A DNA stretch of 64,000 nt from positions 1,302,001 through 1,366,000 of the forward strand of contig OZ059899.1 of NCBI GenBank assembly GCA_964057225.1, read 5' to 3'. Source of the DNA: Auanema rhodensis (lineage: Eukaryota > Animalia > Nematoda). Each line of letters begins with the position of its first letter. Within the stretch, counting starts at the first letter, position 1. The translations under genes and the position numbers were made by a program. Positions 24,301 through 38,400 of the stretch are shown here, piece after piece. Below the pieces are notes generated by a model that did no database searches, had not been told where the DNA came from, and was given only the letters and a program-made list of their open reading frames with translations.

Positions 24301-27300
24301 AATGCACTATACTACATTGAGAAAGGCTTAATACAAAAATTAGTTATGATCGTTTGAAAAATGATGCATTAGTGTATGTTGAGTTTCCATGTACACTCAA
24401 CATTGCTTCCAAAAACATTTTGACAAAAATTTTTTCGAAAAATTTCAAAATAATTTAGCAAAAAGTAGATGTTTTTAGATTCCATTTTTCAAGGCAAAGA
24501 CGATGGACAATGTTATTCAACGAAAAAATTAATTCTTCAGAGTGAAAATCGAGGATATAAGTGTGAACTTATATCAGTTGATATCTCGGTGCATTTTTAA
24601 GCTAGCGCAAATCTGATAACACAGATCGACGCAGCTTAAAAATCCGCATCGAATGCACTATACTACATTGAGAAACGCTTGATACAAAAATTAGTTATGA
24701 TCGTTTGAAAAATGATGCATTAGTGTATGTTGAGTTTCCATGTACACTCAACATTGCTTCCAAAAACATTTTGACAAAAATTTTTTTGAAAAATTTCAGA
24801 ATAATTTAGCAAAAAGTAGATGTTTTTAGATTCCATTTTTCAAGGCAAAGACGATAGACAATGTTATTCAACAAGAAAATTAATTCTTCAGGGTGAAAAT
24901 CGAGGATATAAGTGTGAACTTATATCAGTTGATATCTCGGTGCATTTTTAAGCTAGCGCAAATCTGATAACACAGATCGACGCAGCTTAAAAATCCGCAT
25001 CGAATGCACTATACTACATTGAGAAAGGCTTAATACAAAAATTAGTTATGATCGTTTGAAAAATGATGCATTAGTGTATGTTGAGTTTCCATGTACACTC
25101 AACATTGCTTCCAAAAACATTTTGACAAAAATTTTTTCGAAAAATTTCAAAAGAATTTAGCAAAAAGTAGATGTTTTTAGATTCCATTTTTCAAGGCAAA
25201 GACGATGGACAATGTTATTCAACGAAAAAATTAATTCTTCAGAGTGAAAATCGAGGATATAAGTGTGAACTTATATCAGTTGATATCTCGGTGCATTTTT
25301 AAGCTAGCGCAAATCTGATAACACAGATCGACGCAGCTTAAAAATCCGCATCGAATGCACTATACTACATTGAGAAACGCTTGATACAAAAATTAGTTAT
25401 GATCGTTTGAAAAATGATGCATTAGTGTATGTTGAGTTTCCATGTACACTCAACATTGCTTCCAAAAACATTTTGACAAAAATTTTTTTGAAAAATTTCA
25501 GAATAATTTAGCAAAAAGTAGATGTTTTTAGATTCCATTTTTCAAGGCAAAGACGATAGACAATGTTATTCAACAAGAAAATTAATTCTTCAGGGTGAAA
25601 ATCGAGGATATAAGTGTGAACTTATATCAGTTGATATCTCGGTGCATTTTTAAGCTAGCGCAAATCTGATAACACAGATCGACGCAGCTTAAAAATCCGC
25701 ATCGAATGCACTATACTACATTGAGAAACGCTTAATACAAAAATTAGTTATGATCGTTTGAAAAATGATGCATTAGTGTATGTTGAGTTTCCATGTACAC
25801 TCAACATTGCTTCCAAAAACATTTTGACAAAAATTTTTCTGAAAAATTTCAGAATAATTTAGCAAAAAGTAGATGTTTTTAGATTCCATTTTTCAAGGCA
25901 AAGACGATAGACAATGTTATTCAACAAGAAAATTAATTCTTCAGGGTGAAAATCGAGGATATAAGTGTGAACTTATATCAGTTGATATCTCGGTGCATTT
26001 TTAAGCTAGCGCAAATCTGATAACACAGATCGACGCAGCTTAAAAATCCGCATCGAATGCACTATACTACATTGAGAAACGCTTAATACAAAAATTAGTT
26101 ATGATCGTTTGAAAAATGATGCATTAGTGTATGTTGAGTTTCCATGTACACTCAACATTGCTTCCAAAAACATTTTGACAAAAATTTTTTTGAAAAATTT
26201 CAGAATAATTTAGCAAAAAGTAGATGTTTTTAGATTCCATTTTTCAAGGCAAAGACGATAGACAATGTTATTCAACAAGAAAATTAATTCTTCAGGGTGA
26301 AAATCGAGGATATAAGTGTGAACTTATATCAGTTGATATCTCGGTGCATTTTTAAGCTAGCGCAAATCTGATAACACAGATCGACGCAGCTTAAAAATCC
26401 GCATCGAATGCACTATACTACATTGAGAAAGGCTTAATACAAAAATTAGTTATGATCGTTTGAAAAATGATGCATTAGTGTATGTTGAGTTTCCATGTAC
26501 ACTCAACATTGCTTCCAAAAACATTTTGACAAAAATTTTTTCGAAAAATTTCAAAATAATTTAGCAAAAAGTAGATGTTTTTAGATTCCATTTTTCAAGG
26601 CAAAGACGATGGACAATGTTATTCAACGAAAAAATTAATTCTTCAGAGTGAAAATCGAGGATATAAGTGTGAACTTATATCAGTTGATATCTCGGTGCAT
26701 TTTTAAGCTAGCGCAAATCTGATAACACAGATCGACGCAACTTAAAAATCCGCATCGAATGCACTATACTACATTGAGAAACGCTTGATACAAAAATTAG
26801 TTATGATCGTTTGAAAAATGATGCATTAGTGTATGTTGAGTTTCCATGTACACTCAACATTGCTTCCAAAAACATTTTGACAAAAATTTTTTCGAAAAAT
26901 TTCAAATAAATTTAGCAAAAAGTAGATGTTTTTAGATTCCATTTCTCAAGGCAAAGACGATGGACAATGTTATTCAACGAAAAAATTGATTCTTCAGGGT
27001 GAAAATCGAGGATATAAGTGTGAACTTATATCAGTTGATATCTCGGTGCATTTTTAAGCTAGCGCAAATCTGATAACACAGATCGACGCAGCTTAAAAAT
27101 CCGCATCGAATGCACTATACTACATTGAGAAACGCTTAATAATAAAATTAGTTATGATCGTTTGAAAAATGATGCATTAGTGTATGTTGAGTTTCCATGT
27201 ACACTCAACATTGCTTCCAAAAACATTTTGACAAAAATTTTTTCGAAAAATTTCAAAATAATTTAGCAAAAAGTAGATGTTTTTAGATTCCATTTCTCGA

Positions 27301-30300
27301 GGCAAAGACGATAGACAATGTTATTCAACGAAAAAATTATTTCTTCAGGGTGAAAATCGAGGATATAAGTGTGAACTTATATCAGTTGATATCTCGGTGC
27401 ATTTTTAAGTTAGCGCAAATCTGATAACACAGATCGACGCAGCTTAAAAATCCGCATCGAATGCACTATACTACATTGAGAAACGCTTGATACAAAAATT
27501 AGTTATGATCGTTTGAAAAATGATGCATTAGTGTTTGTTGAGTTTCCATGTACACTCAACATTGCTTCCAAAAACATTTTGACAAAAATTTTTTCGAAAA
27601 ATTTCAAAATAATTCAGCAAAAAGTAGATGTTTTTAGATTCCATTTTTCAAGGCAAAGACGATGGACAATGTTATTCAACGAAAAAATTGATTCTTCAGG
27701 GTGAAAATCGAGGATATAAGTGTGAACTTATATCAGTTGATATCTCGGTGCATTTTTAAGCTAGCGCAAATCTGATAACACAGATCGACGCAGCTTAAAA
27801 ATCCGCAGCGAATGCACTATACTACATTGAGAAACGCTCGATACAAAAATTAGTTATGATCGTTTGAAAAATCATGCATTAGTGTATGTTGAGTTTCCAT
27901 GTACACTCAACATTGCTTCCAAAAACATTTTGACAAAAATTTTTTCGAAAAATTTCAAAAGAATTTAGCAAAAAGTAGATGTTTTTAGATTCCATTTTTC
28001 AAGGCAAAGACGATGGACAATGTTATTCAACGAAAAAATTATTTCTTCAGGGTGAAAATCGAGGATATAAGTGTGAACTTATATCAGTTGATATCTCGGT
28101 GCATTTTTAAGTTAGCGCAAATCTGATAACACAGATCGACGCAGCTTAAAAATCCGCATCGAATGCACTATACTACACTGAGAAACGCTTGATACAAAAA
28201 TTAGTTATGATCGTTTGAAAAATGATGCATTAGTGTATGTTGAGTTTCCATGTACACTCAACATTGCTTCCAAAAACATTTTGACAAAAATTTTTTCGAA
28301 AAATTTCAAAATAATTTAGCAAAAAGTAGATGTTTTTAGATTTCATTTTTCAAGGCAAAGACGATGGACAATGTTATTCAACGAAAAAATTAATTCTTCA
28401 GGGTGAAAATCGAGGATATAAGTGTGAACTTATATCAGTTGATATCTCGGTGCATTTTTAAGCTAGCGCAAATCTGATAACACAGATCGACGCAGCTTAC
28501 AAATCCGCATCGAATGCACTATACTACATTGAGAAACGCTTAATACAAAAATTAGTTATGATCGTTTGAAAAATGATGCATTAGTGTATGTTGAGTTTCC
28601 ATGTACACTCAACATTGCTTCCAAAAACATTTTGACAAAAATTTTTTCGAAAAATTTCAAAATAATTTAGCAAAAAGTAGATGTTTTTAGATTCCATTTC
28701 TCAAGGCAAAGACGATAGACAATGTTATTCAACGAAAAAATTAATTCTTCAGGGTGAAAATCGAGGATATAAGTGTGAACTTATATCAGTTGATATCTCG
28801 GTGCATTTTTAAGCTAGCGCAAATCTGATAACACAGATCGACGCAGCTTAAAAATCCGCATCGAATGCACTATACTACATTGAGAAACGCTTAATACAAA
28901 AATTAGTTATGATCGTTTGAAAAATGATGCATTAGTGTATGTTGAGTTTCCATGTACACTCAACATTGCTTCCAAAAACATTTTGACAAAAATTTTTTCG
29001 AAAAATTTCAAAATAATTTAGCAAAAAGTAGATGTTTTTAGATTCCATTTCTCAAGGCAAAGACGATAGACAATGTTATTCAACGAAAAAATTATTTCTT
29101 CAGGGTGAAAATCGAGGATATAAGTGTGAACTTATATCAGTTGATATCTCGGTGCATTTTTAAGTTAGCGCAAATCTGATAACACAGATCGACGCAGCTT
29201 AAAAATCCGCATCGAATGCACTATACTACATTGAGAAACGCTTGATACAAAAATTAGTTATGATCGTTTGAAAAATGATGCATTAGTGTATGTTGAGTTT
29301 CCATGTACACTCAACATTGCTTCCAAAAACATTTTGACAAAAATTTTTTCGAAAAATTTCAAAATAATTTAGCAAAAAGTAGATGTTTTTAGATTCCATT
29401 TTTCAAGGCAAAGACGATGGACAATGTTATTCAACGAAAAAATTGATTCTTCAGGGTGAAAATCGAGGATATAAGTGTGAACTTATATCAGTTGATATCT
29501 CGGTGCATTTTTAAGCTAGCGCAAATCTGATAACACAGATCGACGCAGCTTAAAAATCCGCAGCGAATGCACTATACTACATTGAGAAACGCTCGATACA
29601 AAAATTAGTTATGATCGTTTGAAAAATCATGCATTAGTGTATGTTGAGTTTCCATGTACACTCAACATTGCTTCCAAAAACATTTTGACAAAATTTTTTT
29701 CGAAAAATTTCAAAAGAATTTAGCAAAAAGTAGATGTTTTTGAATTCCATTTTTCAAGGCAAAGACGATGGACAATGTTATTCAACGAAAAAATTATTTC
29801 TTCAGGGTGAAAATCGAGGATATAAGTGTGAACTTATATCAGTTGATATCTCGGTGCATTTTTAAGTTAGCGCAAATCTGATAACACAGATCGACGCAGC
29901 TTAAAAATCCGCATCGAATGCACTATACTACACTGAGAAACGCTTGATACAAAAATTAGTTATGATCGTTTGAAAAATGATGCATTAGTGTATGTTGAGT
30001 TTCCATGTACACTCAACATTGCTTCCAAAAACATTTTGACAAAAATTTTTTCGAAAAATTTCAAAATAATTTAGCAAAAAGTAGATGTTTTTAGATTTCA
30101 TTTTTCAAGGCAAAGACGATGGACAATGTTATTCAACGAAAAAATTAATTCTTCAGGGTGAAAATCGAGGATATAAGTGTGAACTTATATCAGTTGATAT
30201 CTCGGTGCATTTTTAAGCTAGCGCAAATCTGATAACACAGATCGACGCAGCTTAAAAATCCGCATCGAATGCACTATACTACATTGAGAAACGCTTAATA

Positions 30301-31000
30301 CAAAAATTAGTTAAGATCGTTTGAAAAATGATGCATTAGTGTATGTTGAGTTTCCATGTACACTCAACATTGCTTCCAAAAACATTTTGACAAAAATTTT
30401 TTCGAAAAATTTCAAAAGAATTTAGCAAAAAGTAGATGTTTTTAGATTCCATTTTTCAAGGCAAAGACGATGGACAATGTTATTCAACGAAAAAATTAAT
30501 TCTTCAGGGTGAAAATCGAGGATATAAGTGTGAACTTATATCAGTTGATATCTCGGTGCATTTTTAAGCTAGCGCAAATCTGATAACACAGATCGACGCA
30601 GCTTAAAAATCCGCAGCGAATGCACTATACTACATTGAGAAACGCTCGATACAAAAATTAGTTATGATCGTTTGAAAAATCATGCATTAGTGTATGTTGA
30701 GTTTCCATGTACACTCAACATTGCTTCCAAAAACATTTTGACAAAATTTTTTTCGAAAAATTTCAAAAGAATTTAGCAAAAAGTAGATGTTTTTAGATTC
30801 CATTTTTCAAGGCAAAGACGATGGACAATGTTTTTCAACGAAAAAATTATTTCTTCAGGGTGAAAATCGAGGATATAAGTGTGAACTTATATCAGTTGAT
30901 ATCTCGGTGCATTTTTAAGCTAGCGCAAATCTGATAACACAGATCGACGCAGCTTAAAAATCCGCATCGAATGCACTATACTACATTGAGAAACGCTTAA

Positions 31001-31090
31001 CAAAAATTAGTTATGATCGTTTGAAAATACAAAAATTAGTTATGATCGTTTGAAAAAAATACAAAAATTAGTTATGATCGTTTGAAAAAT
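31001..31090. repeat. Internal triplication of ~30-bp segment (ATA)CAAAAATTAGTTATGATCGTTTGAAA; monomer lengthened to 410 bp
   Basis: Three tandem copies of CAAAAATTAGTTATGATCGTTTGA are visible. Monomer starts 30885 and 31295 are 410 bp apart (+29 +32 -2). Confidence 0.97.
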
Positions 31091-31760
31091 GATGCATTAG
31101 TGTATGTTGAGTTTCCATGTACACTCAACATTGCTTCCAAAAACATTTTGACAAAAATTTTTTCGAAAAATTTCAGAATAATTTAGCAAAAAGTAGACGT
31201 TTTTAGATTCCATTTTTCAAGGCAAAGACGATGGACAATGTTATTCAACGAAAAAATTAATTCTTCAGGGTGAAAATCGAGGATATAAGTGTGAACCTAT
31301 ATCAGTTGATATCTCGGTGCATTTTTAAGCTAGCGCAAATCTGATAACACAGATCGACGCAGCTTAAAAATCCGCATCGAATGCACTATACTACATTGAG
31401 AAACGCCTGATACAAAAATTAGTTATGATCGTTTGAAAAATGATGCATTAGTGTATGTTGAGTTTCCATGTACACTCAACATTGCTTCCAAAAACATTTT
31501 GACAAAAATTTTTTCGAAAAATTTCAAAATAATTTAGCAAAAAGTAGATGTTTTTAGATTCCATTTCTCAAGGCAAAGACGATAGACAATGTTATTCAAC
31601 GAAAAAATTAATTCTTCAGGGTGAAAATCGAGGATATAAGTGTGAACTTATATCAGTTGATATCTCGGTGCATTTTTAAGCTAGCGCAAATCTGATAACA
31701 CAGATCGACGCAGCTTAAAAATCCGCATCGAATGCACTATACTACATTGAGAAACGCTTA

Positions 31761-31852
31761 ATACAAAAATTAGTTATGATCGTTTGAAAATACAAAAATT
31801 AGTTATGATCGTTTGATAAAAATACAAAAATTAGTTATGATCGTTTGAAAAA
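31761..31852. repeat. Second copy of the internal triplication; monomer lengthened to 412 bp
   Basis: Three copies of ATACAAAAATTAGTTATGATCGTTTGA are visible. Monomer starts 31646 and 32058 are 412 bp apart (+29 +32). Confidence 0.97.
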
Positions 31853-32408
31853 TGATGCATTAGTGTATGTTGAGTTTCCATGTACACTCAACATTGCTTC
31901 CAAAAACATTTTGACAAAAATTTTTTCGAAAAATTTCAGAATAATTTAGCAAAAAGTAGACGTTTTTAGATTCCATTTTTCAAGGCAAAGACGATGGACA
32001 ATGTTATTCAACGAAAAAATTAATTCTTCAGGGTGAAAATCGAGGATATAAGTGTGAACCTATATCAGTTGATATCTCGGTGCATTTTTAAGCTAGCGCA
32101 AATCTGATAACACAGATCGACGCAGCTTAAAAATCCGCATCGAATGCACTATACTACATTGAGAAACGCCTGATACAAAAATTAGTTATGATCGTTTGAA
32201 AAATGATGCATTAGTGTATGTTGAGTTTCCATGTACACTCAACATTGCTTCCAAAAACATTTTGACAAAAATTTTTTCGAAAAATTTCAAAATAATTTAG
32301 CAAAAAGTAGATGTTTTTAGATTCCATTTCTCAAGGCAAAGACGATAGACAATGTTATTCAACGAAAAAATTAATTCTTCAGGGTGAAAATCGAGGATAT
32401 AAGTGTGA

Positions 32409-35400
32409 ACTTATATCAGTTGATATCTCGGTGCATTTTTAAGCTAGCGCAAATCTGATAACACAGATCGACGCAGCTTAAAAATCCGCATCGAATGCAC
32501 TATACTACATTGAGAAACGCTTAATACAAAAATTAGTTATGATCGTTTGAAAAATGATGCATTAGTGTATGTTGAGTTTCCATGTACACTCAACATTGCT
32601 TCCAAAAACATTTTGACAAAAATTTTTTCGAAAAATTTCAGAATAATTTAGCAAAAAGTAGACGTTTTTAGATTCCATTTTTCAAGGCAAAGACGATGGA
32701 CAATGTTATTCAACGAAAAAATTAATTCTTCAGGGTGAAAATCGAGGATATAAGTGTGAACCTATATCAGTTGATATCTCGGTGCATTTTTAAGCTAGCG
32801 CAAATCTGATAACACAGATCGACGCAGCTTAAAAATTCGCATCGAATGCACTATACTACATTGAGAAACGCCTGATACAAAAATTAGTTATGATCGTTTG
32901 AAAAATGATGCATTAGTGTATGTTGAGTTTCCATGTACACTCAACATTGCTTCCAAAAACATTTTGACAAAAATTTTTTCGAAAAATTTCAAAATAATTT
33001 AGCAAAAAGTAGCTGTTTTTAGATTCCATTTTTCAAGGCAAAGACGATGGACAATGTTATTCAACGAAAAAATTAATTCTTCAGGGTGAAAATCGAGGAT
33101 ATAAGTGTGAACTTATATCAGTTGATATCTCGGTGCATTTTTAAGCTAGCGCAAATCTGATAACACAGATCGACGCAGCTTAAAAATCCGCATCGAATGC
33201 ACTATACTACATTGAGAAACGCTTAATACAAAAATTAGTTATGATCGTTTGAAAAATGATGCATTAGTGTATGTTGAGTTTCCATGTACACTCAACATTG
33301 CTTCCAAAAACATTTTGACAAAAATTTTTTCGAAAAATTTCAAAAGAAGTTAGCAAAAAGTAGATGTTTTTAGATTCCATTTTTCAAGGCAAAGACGATG
33401 GACAATGTTATTCAACGAAAAAATTATTTCTTCATTGTGAAAATCGAGGATATAAGTGTGAACTTATATCAGTTGATATCTCGGTGCATTTTTAAGTTAG
33501 CGCAAATCTGATAACACAGATCGACGCAGCTTAAAAATCCGCATCGAATGCACTATACTACATTGAGAAACGCTTGATACAAAAATTAGTTATGATCGTT
33601 TGAAAAATGATGCATTAGTGTATGTTGAGTTTCCATGTACACTCAACATTGCTTCCAAAAACATTTTGACAAAAATTTTTTCGAAAAATTTCAAAATAAT
33701 TTAGCAAAAAGTAGATGTTTTTAGATTCCATTTTTCAAGGCAAAGACGATGGACAATGTTATTCAACGAAAAAATTAATTCTTCAGGGTGAAAATCGAGG
33801 ATATAAGTGTGAACTTATATCAGTTGATATCTCGGTGCATTTTTAAGCTAGCGCAAATCTGATAACACAGATCGACGCAGCTTAAAAATCCGCAGCGAAT
33901 GCACTATACTACATTGAGAAACGCTTAATACAAAAATTAGTTATGATCGTTTGAAAAATGATGCATTAGTGTATGTTGAGTTTCCATGTACACTCAACAT
34001 TGCTTCCAAAAACATTTTGACAAAAATTTTTTCGAAAAATTTCAAAAGAATTTAGCAAAAAGTAGATGTTTTTAGATTCCATTTTTCAAGGCAAAGACGA
34101 TGGACAATGTTATTCAACGAAAAAATTAATTCTTCAGGGTGAAAATCGAGGATATAAGTGTGAACTTATATCAGTTGATATCTCGGTGCATTTTTAAGCT
34201 AGCGCAAATCTGATAACACAGATCGACGCAGCTTAAAAATCCGCATCGAATGCACTATACTACATTGAGAAACGCTTAATACAAAAATTAGTTATGATCG
34301 TTTGAAAAATGATGCATTAGTGTATGTTGAGTTTCCATGTACACTCAACATTGCTTCCAAAAACATTTTGACAAAAATTTTTTCGAAAAATTTCAAAAGA
34401 ATTTAGCAAAAAGTAGATGTTTTTAGATTCCATTTTTCAAGGCAAAGACGATGGACAATGTTATTCAACGAAAAAATTATTTCTTCAGGGTGAAAATCGA
34501 GGATATAAGTGTGAACTTATATCAGTTGATATCTCGGTGCATTTTTAAGTTAGCGCAAATCTGATAACACAGATCGACGCAGCTTAAAAATCCGCATCGA
34601 ATGCACTATACTACATTGAGAAACGCTTGATACAAAAATTAGTTATGATCGTTTGAAAAATGATGCATTAGTGTATGTTGAGTTTCCATGTACACTCAAC
34701 ATTGCTTCCAAAAACATTTTGACAAAAATTTTTTCGAAAAATTTCAAAATAATTTAGCGAAAAGTAGATGTTTTTAGATTCCATTTTTCAAGGCAAAGAC
34801 GATGGACAATGTTATTCAACGAAAAAATTAATTCTTCAGGGTGAAAATCGAGGATATAAGTGTGAACTTATATCAGTTGATATCTCGGTGCATTTTTAAG
34901 CTAGCGCAAATCTGATAACACAGATCGACGCAGCTTAAAAATCCGCATCGAATGCACTATACTACATTGAGAAACGCCTGATACAAAAATTAGTTATGAT
35001 CGTTTGAAAAATGATGCATTAGTGTATGTTGAGTTTCCATGTACACTCAACATTGCTTCCAAAAACATTTTGACAAAAATTTTTTCGAAAAATTTCAAAA
35101 GAATATAGCAAAAAGTAGCTGTTTTTAGATTCCATTTTTCAAGGCAAAGACGATGGACAATGTTATTCAACGAAAAAATTAATTCTTCAGGGTGAAAATC
35201 GAGGATATAAGTGTGAACTTATATCAGTTGATATCTCGGTGCATTTTTAAGCTAGCGCAAATCTGATAACACAGATCGACGCAGCTTAAAAATCCGCATC
35301 GAATGCACTATACTACATTGAGAAACGCCTGATACAAAAATTAGTTATGATCGTTTGAAAAATGATGCATTAGTGTATGTTGAGTTTCCATGTACACTCA

Positions 35401-38400
35401 ACATTGCTTCCAAAAACATTTTGACAAAAATTTTTTCGAAAAATTTCAAAATAATTTAGCAAAAAGTAGCTGTTTTTAGATTCCATTTTTCAAGGCAAAG
35501 ACGATGGACAATGTTATTCAACGAAAAAATTAATTCTTCAGGGTGAAAATCGAGGATATAAGTGTGAACTTATATCAGTTGATATCTCGGTGCATTTTTA
35601 AGCTAGCGCAAATCTGATAACACAGATCGACGCAGCTTAAAAATCCGCATCGAATGCACTATACTACATTGAGAAACGCTTAATACAAAAATTAGTTATG
35701 ATCGTTTGAAAAATGATGCATTAGTGTATGTTGAGTTTCCATGTACACTCAACATTGCTTCCAAAAACATTTTGACAAAAATTTTTTCGAAAAATTTCAA
35801 AAGAATTTAGCAAAAAGTAGATGTTTTTAGATTCCATTTTTCAAGGCAAAGACGATGGACAATGTTATTCAACGAAAAAATTATTTCTTCATTGTGAAAA
35901 TCGAGGATATAAGTGTGAACTTATATCAGTTGATATCTCGGTGCATTTTTAAGTTAGCGCAAATCTGATAACACAGATCGACGCAGCTTAAAAATCCGCA
36001 TCGAATGCACTATACTACATTGAGAAACGCTTGATACAAAAATTAGTTATGATCGTTTGAAAAATGATGCATTAGTGTATGTTGAGTTTCCATGTACACT
36101 CAACATTGCTTCCAAAAACATTTTGACAAAAATTTTTTCGAAAAATTTCAAAATAATTTAGCAAAAAGTAGATGTTTTTAGATTCCATTTTTCAAGGCAA
36201 AGACGATGGACAATGTTATTCAACGAAAAAATTAATTCTTCAGGGTGAAAATCGAGGATATAAGTGTGAACTTATATCAGTTGATATCTCGGTGCATTTT
36301 TAAGCTAGCGCAAATCTGATAACACAGATCGACGCAGCTTAAAAATCCGCAGCGAATGCACTATACTACATTGAGAAACGCTTAATACAAAAATTAGTTA
36401 TGATCGTTTGAAAAATGATGCATTAGTGTATGTTGAGTTTCCATGTACACTCAACATTGCTTCCAAAAACATTTTGACAAAAATTTTTTCGAAAAATTTC
36501 AAAATAATTTAGCAAAAAGTAGATGTTTTTAGATTCCATTTTTCAAGGCAAAGACGATGGACAATGTTATTCAACGAAAAAATTAATTCTTCAGGGTGAA
36601 AATCGAGGATATAAGTGTGAACTTATATCAGTTGATATCTCGGTGCATTTTTAAGCTAGCGCAAATCTGATAACACAGATCGACGCAGCTTAAAAATCCG
36701 CAGCGAATGCACTATACTACATTGAGAAACGCTTAATACAAAAATTAGTTATGATCGTTTGAAAAATGATGCATTAGTGTATGTTGAGTTTCCATGTACA
36801 CTCAACATTGCTTCCAAAAACATTTTGACAAAAATTTTTTCGAAAAATTTCAAAAGAATTTAGCAAAAAGTAGATGTTTTTAGATTCCATTTTTCAAGGC
36901 AAAGACGATGGACAATGTTATTCAACGAAAAAATTATTTCTTCATTGTGAAAATCGAGGATATAAGTGTGAACTTATATCAGTTGATATCTCGGTGCATT
37001 TTTAAGTTAGCGCAAATCTGATAACACAGATCGACGCAGCTTAAAAATCCGCATCGAATGCACTATACTACATTGAGAAACGCTTGATACAAAAATTAGT
37101 TATGATCGTTTGAAAAATGATGCATTAGTGTATGTTGAGTTTCCATGTACACTCAACATTGCTTCCAAAAACATTTTGACAAAAATTTTTTCGAAAAATT
37201 TCAAAAGAATTTAGCAAAAAGTAGATGTTTTTAGATTCCATTTTTCAAGGCAAAGACGATGGACAATGTTATTCAACGAAAAAATTATTTCTTCATTGTG
37301 AAAATCGAGGATATAAGTGTGAACTTATATCAGTTGATATCTCGGTGCATTTTTAAGTTAGCGCAAATCTGATAACACAGATCGACGCAGCTTAAAACTC
37401 CGCATCGAATGCACTATACTACATTGAGAAACGCTTGATACAAAAATTAGTTATGATCGTTTGAAAAATGATGCATTAGTGTATGTTGAGTTTCCATGTA
37501 CACTCAACATTGCTTCCAAAAACATTTTGACAAAAATTTTTTCGAAAAATTTCAAAATAATTTAGCAAAAAGTAGATGTTTTTAGATTCCATTTTTCAAG
37601 GCAAAGACGATGGACAATGTTATTCAACGAAAAAATTAATTCTTCAGGGTGAAAATCGAGGATATAAGTGTGAACTTATATCAGTTGATATCTCGGTGCA
37701 TTTTTAAGCTAGCGCAAATCTGATAACACAGATCGACGCAGCTTAAAAATCCGCAGCGAATGCACTATACTACATTGAGAAACGCTTAATACAAAAATTA
37801 GTTATGATCGTTTGAAAAATGATGCATTAGTGTATGTTGAGTTTCCATGTACACTCAACATTGCTTCCAAAAACATTTTGACAAAAATTTTTTCGAAAAA
37901 TTTCAAAAGAATTTAGCAAAAAGTAGATGTTTTTAGATTCCATTTTTCAAGGCAAAGACGATGGACAATGTTATTCAACGAAAAAATTATTTCTTCATTG
38001 TGAAAATCGAGGATATAAGTGTGAACTTATATCAGTTGATATCTCGGTGCATTTTTAAGTTAGCGCAAATCTGATAACACAGATCGACGCAGCTTAAAAA
38101 TCCGCATCGAATGCACTATACTACATTGAGAAACGCTTGATACAAAAATTAGTTATGATCGTTTGAAAAATGATGCATTAGTGTATGTTGAGTTTCCATG
38201 TACACTCAACATTGCTTCCAAAAACATTTTGACAAAAATTTTTTCGAAAAATTTCAAAATAATTTAGCAAAAAGTAGATGTTTTTGGATTCCATTTTTCA
38301 AGGCAAAGACGATGGACAATGTTATTCAACGAAAAAATTAATTCTTCAGGGTGAAAATCGAGGATATAAGTGTGAACTTATATCAGTTGATATCTCGGTG

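Noticed and set aside
27513-27704. 63-aa ORF MKNDALVFVEFPCT...
   Set aside because: TTG start inside the satellite monomer. It exists only because one TAG became CAG; the other 179 monomers keep the stop. No recognisable protein motif.
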